From: Octopus vulgaris
Taxonomy: Eukaryota
Assembly: GCA_951406725.2 (NCBI GenBank)
Contig: OX597815.1
Location: 163,928,001 to 163,992,000, forward strand
Direction: 5' to 3'
DNA: 64,000 bases
This document shows, one piece after another, positions 55,488 through 64,000 of the stretch. Numbering within the stretch: position 1 is the first letter of the stretch; every line of letters begins with the position of its first letter. The position numbers were made by a program, and so were the translations under genes. The notes beneath the pieces are model-generated. The model saw only the letters and a list, made by a program, of their open reading frames with translations, did not search any database and was not told the DNA's origin.

Positions 55488-58139
55488 ATAATCTCTGACT
55501 ATCAATACAAATTCTAAAGAGAATTTCACCCAAGGGATTTTTCGAATACCACACTTCAAAATTATCAAAGCATTAGATGGGAAGACAACCTATAGTTTCT
55601 TCTTTTGAGATGTTTCCTCATGTCACAACGGAGCCACAGCACAAAATTGACAGGCTTTAAATGAATGATTGACCAATGTGGCAGCAAACTGACATTTTTT
55701 TCCATGAAGAAGCTAACTGCTTTGTTATTATGATATGAACGAACTGGCAACCGATAATTTGAGATGTCAACGCTTTATCCTGTCAGCCATTATTCTGCTC
55801 AATAATGAAACGCCGACTCTCTCATTGATGTCACCTTAATACCGTTCATTAAGTTAACTGGGGCAATTTGCAGCCATTCATTTTAAAGTAGGGCACATGG
55901 TTTCCTAGGATACAAACATAAAAGTCAATAGGGATTGCAAACTGCATTCTAAAATTACATTCGGTTCTATTCAGTTCTTCCTTTTTCTTTAATTTTTTTC
56001 TTCGTTTTTCAAAACGGTTTCTATAAAGAACAAGTTATAGCTTCTCAAGAAAGAACAGTTGCGATATTTCCGAGAAATGATCAAAATTTAATGTTCTAAT
56101 CAGAAATTCATTTTCACTCGGTTTAACTAATTTGCAGACAGAATTATAATCATTCCGGAGCAACTTATAGGTTTTATCAACAATTATGGTGCAGAGCACA
56201 AATTTTAATAATTTACCTTTTGGGAATTTTGAATTTATATGGTTATCAGGAACCCTAAAGTCTCAAAAATTGCATTTGAAATGCTAATTTCCTTTACCGA
56301 AATTTATGAATCTAAATTAGCACTTTCTCATCTAAAGTTAATTTCAAAAATTGAAGCCATAAATAAACTGAGAGAAGTAAAGCATAAATTGTATGAGGTT
56401 CTTTACATAACGGTTCTTAGTTTATGAATAGTCTGCTGAGAGAAATAATTAATATACGAATACGCCATTATCTCATCGTTAGGTATTATCTTCGGCCAGT
56501 TACAATTGATTACATATTCATTAAAAAAAGTACTTTTTTACTTTGTTCGCGGGCAGAAAGTTTGACCGAAACACTTTCATTCCTTATGAGCAAAAGGGAT
56601 AACATCTTTTGGTGGTTGCTACACCTGACAGAAATAGTAACCAAATTTCCCTCAAATTACACTTTATCAACTTATGAGAAACAAGAATGACGGATATATT
56701 GGATAAATAAATGACTTGTAGGGACATGATATTTCGTTATACAATCATATTAGCTCGTGGATAGTTAATGGGTTGGTTAGGAGCAGACAAAGGAGCAAAA
56801 TCTCTCGAAATATGGTATATATACCCGTTACCCATTTTTCGTCTTCGATCTCATTGTTGGATTCTTTGGGGTTTTAATAATTCACCCTTGGAAACATGAG
56901 TGTTTCGTTCATTGTCTTTAAACAAAACTTTAATCGGGGAATTTTTTAACAGGATGGGCTATTCGACCTGGAGAAAATTCAAACGGCTGGAACACATTTT
57001 TCATCAAATGTCTGGGGTTAAAAAATATCAACAACGAAATGTACTTCATTTTATCGAACCACAAAGGTTGAAAGGGAAAGTTGAACGAAGTGTAGTTTGA
57101 ACTCAATTATTGAAATTACTGCTTATCATCCAACTGATTCTTATTTTGTCAATTCAACAGTCTTAAAAAGCAATGATAATCAACAACTTCCACCCGCCCA
57201 TCCACCCCAAATACCACTTAAGTTTGTATAAATGAATTAAAATGACATTATAGAAGCGCATAAGTTAGAAATATGCTGAAATCTGCTGAATTGCTAATGT
57301 AACATAACAAGCTGTCTTAAAGCTAATTTTAAAATTCGATGATGAATTTTTACGAAACAATTATATACTGTTCTTGTTTCTCATAATTCAAATAATACAT
57401 TAACTAGGTTAAACCTACGTTATGCTTTGATGTCAAATGAATGAAAGAGGAAACGTTTCTGATACCGTGAACTTAAGAGAGAAAAACATCTTTGATGGGG
57501 TTTCCGTGTATAAAAGTCAAATTGTTGACATTAACAATAAATTGTGAATATATTTAAAATAAATAAATTCATAAATTTCTTCTTTAGAGGAAGATAGGAT
57601 ATTGAATCTTACAGGAATAAGTTCAATGTGGATATTGGTTTCTAAAAGATATAGTATGTTTAAATGTCAGCTACATAATGTTTGCTGAATACGATGGTAC
57701 AAATGCTTTTCTAAAATCATTCGAGACCTCTCAATATATTCGCTTGGAAAAAAGGATATCAGAAAAGAAAAAAAATCTCTCAGGCAAGTATAGATGTGCA
57801 AGGACCCAAACACGGACAAGTGAAATATTGAGTATGTTTTTGATGGCTTGGCGAAAGATGAAATAATTTTTTTACATAATTTCTTACAAAGACGCAGATC
57901 CTCAGATTTGTATATGATGTATATATTCCATTACATCTATTCTTTCTTGCACTGGACTGGTACTTTAATTTATTAACCCCGAGAAAAACGCAAAGCGAAT
58001 TAACTTTGGAGGGATGTGAAATCAGAACGTCGAGTGTCGTTCATGCTGTAATGAATTTACTAATCCGCCGCTTCGAATAATTTATAACAGAAAAAGTTTA
58101 AAAACCTGAGTGAGGGATTAGTCGATGAAAGTAACCTCA

Positions 58140-58497
58140 GTAGCTTACTTACCAACCACATAGTTCCGGGTTCAGTCCCACTGCGTGGTACCTTGGGCAA
58201 GTGTCTTCTACTATAGCCTCGGGCTGACCAAAGCCTTGTGAGTGGATTTGGTAGACGGAAACTGAAAGAAGCCCGTCGTATATATGTGTATATATATATG
58301 TGTTCGTGTTTGTCCCCCCAACATCGTTTGACAACCGATGGTGGTGTGTTTACGTCCCCGTAACTTATTTGTTCGGCAAAAGAGACCGATAGAATAAGTA
58401 CTAGGCTTACAAAGAATAAGTCCTGGGGTCGATTTCCTCGACTAAAAGGCGGTGCTCCAGCATGGCCGCAGTCAAATGACTGAAGCAAGTAAAAGAG
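58140..58497 (+). mobile_element. SINE family B, slightly 5'-truncated
   Basis: Near-identical to 40158-40565. Confidence 0.9.
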
Positions 58498-59578
58498 TGT
58501 ATTACTCGTACATTATTGTACGATGAGTTTTTAGGGAGATTCAACTGCAATTTTCCTATGTTGAGTCTATTCCTATAATCATTTGAGATTTGGCCCATAG
58601 ATTTTATTTTCAAACAAGAGTAAGTTTGTTGCGGAAATTTATCGCATACTGTTGTAGCTGTATAGCCCAAAGTCAGCCGTGTTTCATCACTGGAAGTTTT
58701 TCAACCGTAACTAGACAATTTCCATCGATATGCGTATAGGGGACTACTTTCTCCAATACATCCATCGTTTAATATGGTAGGCTGTAATTTGAGGGAAATT
58801 CGAGTTGCAAAATCCAGTTAGGTTGATAGATCACGTAGCGATACTTAAGCTGCTGGCTCGTTTGAGCATATAAGAGATCCCCAGGTGATATAGCACGCCC
58901 ACCACCACCACCACAACCGCAACAACAAACATCGAACTGAAATAAAGCAATCCAGAATAAAAAGTTCTGCTCAGAAACACAAGAATTCAGCAGCAGCCAT
59001 GTATATGAATCCATAGTAGACAAAATAGTCCGCTCGCCCATTTCGCGTCTATTGAATATCTCGTTAAGGTTGGGAGGCAAAACAGGCTGTTGGCTTGATG
59101 TTTAACCTCAGGAACGATCTAAAAGCAGTAAAATATATATTATTACACAATCCATGCACGAACCTGATATTGCATTTGGATGTAATAAAATGCACACAGC
59201 AGTTATTGACCATATTCCTCAAAAGCTATCAGATTGGAAAACATAAAACCTGATTGGAAATTCCTTGAAGGCTATACATAGTTAAATATTAGGTGATAGC
59301 ATCTAACGCTCTCTTTCTCTCCGCCCTCGCTCTTTTCCTCTCTCTCTCTCTCTTTCTTGCTTTCTCTCTACTTCTCTGTCTGTCTGTCTCTCTTTCTGTC
59401 TTTTATGTTGTACGCACACAAACATGTATAGAGACAGATATATATATATGGGTACAGACACACTTGCACAGCATATAAATGTCACACATATGGGCGCACA
59501 CACATACACACACACACACACTTATATAAACTTATATGCATACGCTCATATATGTGTACATATACATAATCTTATGCG

Positions 59579-59641
<63 letters not shown>

Positions 59642-60157
59642 TATTTATTTAAATACATAATACAGACACACAAACACACACACATACATATATATATATA
59701 CACACACAAACACATACACACGCACACATATATATATATATATATATACAAATACATGTGTGAATATGTATGTCTAAAATGTGTTTATACATTCATATAC
59801 ATATGTATGTATGTATGTATTATGTGATACTCATACACGTGTATGTGTGTATGTGTGTCATTTCACTTTTCCACTCATGGTCATCAGCATTCGCAGAATC
59901 TTACTCCTAAAGCTATCATATTGTGTCGCGAGACAAAGTACAAGGCTCTAGATGTTTCGGTTAACCTTGTTACGTCATGGTCGAGAGGTTAGGAGTGGAA
60001 AAGGGCAACCGAATGTAAAACTATTAAGTTGAACAACACAGAACCTTGCAAATGAACGTCAACTTCTTACAGGTATATAATACATATGTATGTATGTGTG
60101 TGTGTGTGTACAGAAAAAGATAGATAGATAGATAGATAGATAGACAAACAGACAGAG

Positions 60158-60188
<31 letters not shown>

Positions 60189-60233
60189 CAAACAGACAGA
60201 GAGATAGATAGATAGTTAGACAAACAGACAGAG

Positions 60234-60264
<31 letters not shown>

Positions 60265-60325
60265 CAAACAGACAGAGAGATAGATAGATAGACAAACAGA
60301 CAGAGAGATAGATAGATAAACAGAC

Positions 60326-60361
<36 letters not shown>

Positions 60362-60625
60362 GGATAGTTAGTTATAGATTTAGATATATACACACATGCA
60401 TACATATACGCATATATATATATATATACACATACACACGCAGACACACATACATACATTCGTACATACACATACATACGCAAGCACACACACACACACA
60501 CATATATATATATAACATATATATGTCTGTCCGTATAATGTTCAAGCGTCTCAATCGTTTCGTTTCTCTCTTTGTCCATGGTTTTCAATTACACCCATAT
60601 ACATACACAAACATGCAAACTCACG

Positions 60626-60699
<74 letters not shown>

Positions 60700-60754
60700 A
60701 ACACACAGTCACACTCGTTCACATGTATGTTTGTGTGTGTATGTGTGTGTGCGC

Positions 60755-61098
60755 GAAAGAATGAAAGGAAAAGTCGACCTCGGCAGAATTTGAACTCAGA
60801 ACGTGGCGCCAGACGAAATACCGCTAAGCATTTCACCCAGCGTGGTAACGATTCCGCCAGCTCGCCGCCTTAAAATAATGATGATGATGATGATGATAGT
60901 TTCAAATTTTACCACTAGGCAGCAATTTTGGGTGAGACGGTGAGTCGATTACATGGACCCCAGTATTAATCTGGTACTTATTTTATCGATCCCGAAAAGA
61001 TGAAAGGTAAAGTCGACCTCGGTAGAATTTTAACTCAGAACATTAAAACGGATGAAATGTCGCTAAGCATTTTGTCCGGCATGTTAGCCTTTCTACCA
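60755..61098 (-). mobile_element. Two tandem SINE family A copies separated by (GAT)n
   Basis: Same arrangement as 55035-55487. Confidence 0.85.
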
Positions 61099-61099
61099 G

Positions 61100-61787
61100 A
61101 TCCTCACCTTCAATAACAGCAAGAACAACAGCAACAACAAAAATAACATTCCCACTTCTACTAACATGGTCGACACTATCGCCTTCATTATCATTAGTAT
61201 CACTAGCACTAACACAGCCATCATCTCAATCACCACCATTAAAACCACCACGACCACCACCACCACCATCAACATCAACACCACCTTCACTACCACCACA
61301 TACGCAATCAGCTTTATCATCTACAAGCAGTGTCAACACTGCCGCCATCATTGTTACCCCCTCTCCCACCTTCGTCACCACCACCGCCAATTCCACCATC
61401 CCTATTACCTTCATTACGACGTCATAACTCAAACTGCTTCATCGCACTTCTCCTTCCTACCCACTCATTCACGAACAGCGCGAAACATTATTTCTCAATA
61501 CCATCGCCACCACCATCACCATATCCAACAGCAACAACAACAACAACAACAACAACTACTACTACTACTACTACTACCACCACCGAAAGCAAGAAGAACA
61601 ACATCGGCAAAATAACAATTACAAATACAAAATAAAAACAACACCAACAACAATTTCTAGCACCTCCATAATATCCAGTCTCCATGACCGGCCCTACCCC
61701 CACCACCAACGCCACCACCATCACCACCACTACCACCACAACTATCGCAACTACCATCGCCACCACCAAGGACACAACAACCGCCAT

Positions 61788-61863
<76 letters not shown>

Positions 61864-61880
61864 GCTGCTGCTGCCACCGA
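61100..61880. repeat. CAC/CAA/CTA/AAT trinucleotide low-complexity region
   Basis: Directly visible. Confidence 0.85.
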
Positions 61881-62068
61881 CCCCCCAGCCATCCTCTACC
61901 CGTGCTTGTATGCAATCCGTTCACCTTGTCCTATACAGGTTCGTTACAACTGCTCGAGCAGAAAACATGATCTTCTTACTCATCACCGGCTCATCTCTTA
62001 TCCTATCAGGGAACTAACATCCTATACATACATATAACAACTCCATCACTCTCTCTCTCTCACTCTTT

Positions 62069-62108
<40 letters not shown>

Positions 62109-62215
62109 ATCTATTAATATCGCTCTTCTCTTCAAGCCACTCCCCGTTCTTCTTCTACGTCTGTGCATGTGCATATATGTGTGTGCTTGTGTATATGCGT
62201 GTGTGTATGTATATA

Positions 62216-62260
<45 letters not shown>

Positions 62261-62305
62261 ATATATATCTGTAAATATAATATTGCTGTCTTACCATTTC
62301 TATCA

Positions 62306-62361
<56 letters not shown>

Positions 62362-62373
62362 GTGTGTGTATGC

Positions 62374-62433
<60 letters not shown>

Positions 62434-63173
62434 GTGCGTGTGTGTGCGCGCGTGTCTATGTGTGTATTTCCCTATTCCTCTTCCCTCTAACTCGCCTGTC
62501 CCGCTTCTCTCTCCTGCCAGTCCCTCTGAGTATAAATACATACATACATACATACATACATACATAAATAAGTGTGTGTGTCTGTGTCTATGTGTGTCTG
62601 TGTGTCTGTGTGTATCCGCACGCCTATGTGTATCTGTCTTTCATTCCCCCTATCAATCCATCCCGCTCCTTCTCAAACTCCCTTATATGCTTGTCCATCC
62701 AACCTTTACACCGAGATGATTGGTGACTCAGAAAGTTTAAAGCTAGGATCTGATATAAATGGGATTATTTCAGGACTATGTCATTAGGCAAGTTAATCTA
62801 GAGTTGTGTTTGTGTTCCTGCTGTCGTTGTCGTGATGGTAGGAGAATTACTATTCATGCTAGGGATGCTGTTGGAGACAAGACTTGTAGCTTCTATTCCT
62901 GCTGTTATTGTTGATGCTACAAGCGGTTTTATGAAGTCAATACATAGTAGATTTTTATCCAATATGTACGCCCTCACCATCATTCTACTAAATTGTAGAA
63001 ACCAGTATTCGATCGCCTTATTAAACAAAATTTTTAATGAACAAAAACAAATACAATTTTTTTTTGCTTAGGTATGTTGTGACTATTTTAATGAATTTTA
63101 TAGCACCACTATCGCCATCAATATTCAATACATACATACATACATACATACATACATACATACATACATACAT

Positions 63174-63414
63174 GCTAAACTATTGAGAAATTTGCAGTTA
63201 CTCTATCTAGATTTATACCTGTAATCACTGGGGACCTGGGATATATAACACACTACCTAAATACCAGTTTTGTAGAACTGAGCCTCTCAAAACCAGAAAC
63301 GAGAAAACTGATTCGAAGACTACAAATCCAATCCATCACTGGAACTGTAAAAATCTGTAAAACTTTCCAGAACTTTATCATTTAAGTATATATGAGCATG
63401 TCTTGATATGCAAC
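63174..63414 (+). mobile_element. R4/Dong-like LINE 3' end, second copy
   Basis: Reverse complement of ~7010-7258 (LLRNLQLLY..FIPVITGDLG...IRRLQIQSITGTVKICKTFQNFII*); preceded by (CATA)n. Confidence 0.72.
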
Positions 63415-63416
63415 TA

Positions 63417-64000
63417 CAGGCTGCGTAAGATAGCTGAGGACAGAGTTATGCTTTAAAAAAAAACTGATATGAAATAACAAATAATAACTTTATTTATCAA
63501 AAAATGCTATGAAGATAAAAATAAACCTTCTTTTCTATAAGGTTATTCAATAAAGCCACCTTCAGCTTCAAAAACTGCTTCTGTATGAGATCTAAATCAT
63601 CTACATGCTCGAATCAAGTGGTCCTGGTTCATTTTGGACATTACTCTGACTATGTCAGCTTTCAAAGTATCCTTGGTGTTATGGGCGTGTTCATTGGCCT
63701 CTCTCATCAATGCTCCACATGTAATAGTCCAATGGAGTGGGATCTGAGGAATTAGGAGGCCAAATGTTAGGGATTATGTGGTCATGAAAATTTTCAGCCA
63801 TCCATTCCTGTGTTACTAAAGCTATGTGTGATAGTGCAGTCTTACTGAAACACATATAGCCTTCCACTGCATTTACAGCCTATCCAGGGCTTAATTATTT
63901 CCAGGACTTCAATGTAGGCGGCAGAGTTAACTCTATGTCCTTGTGGAAAGAAGTAAGGAGGCATCACATGTCCTTCATTGCTGACACCCCTAAAACCATG
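63417..64000 (-). mobile_element. DD37D (maT-type) transposon, second copy, running off the window
   Basis: TA plus TIR caggctgcgtaagatagctgaggacag, then the reverse complement of ~18965-19557 including WPPNSSDPTPLDYY and EAEGGFIE*. Confidence 0.92.

Noticed and set aside
61093-62037. Thr-rich mucin-like and His/Gln-rich ORFs
   Set aside because: Arise from CAC/CAA/CTA microsatellites open in several frames on both strands.
62798-63071. ORFs resembling a PLE linker (SLKILFNK...)
   Set aside because: Only one weak motif; insufficient.

Overview
AT-rich eukaryotic non-coding DNA, saturated with (TA)n/(CA)n/(GATA)n/(CATA)n microsatellites and interspersed repeats. The repeat landscape resembles an octopus/coleoid cephalopod genome (inference from recalled SINE sequences, no search run). 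I can support no intact protein-coding gene; nearly all listed ORFs are microsatellite read-throughs. Recognisable content: (i) many copies of three tRNA-headed SINE families (called A, B, C here); (ii) a full-length decayed Tc1/mariner DD37D (maT-type) transposon, a second partial copy and two mariner MITEs; (iii) three non-autonomous Helitron copies; (iv) a hAT-type MITE with 8-bp TSD, split by a SINE; (v) 3' remnants of RTE-like and R4/Dong-like LINEs; (vi) decayed Penelope-like RT and GIY-YIG fragments. The most interesting signal is a set of short, mostly (TA)n-embedded elements carrying type-I hammerhead-ribozyme motifs, all with an extra A after the core, plus several fold-back palindromes built from such elements. 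This suggests a Penelope-derived, microsatellite-targeting, ribozyme-bearing non-autonomous element system. Coordinates were read by eye; ends of diverged repeats are approximate.
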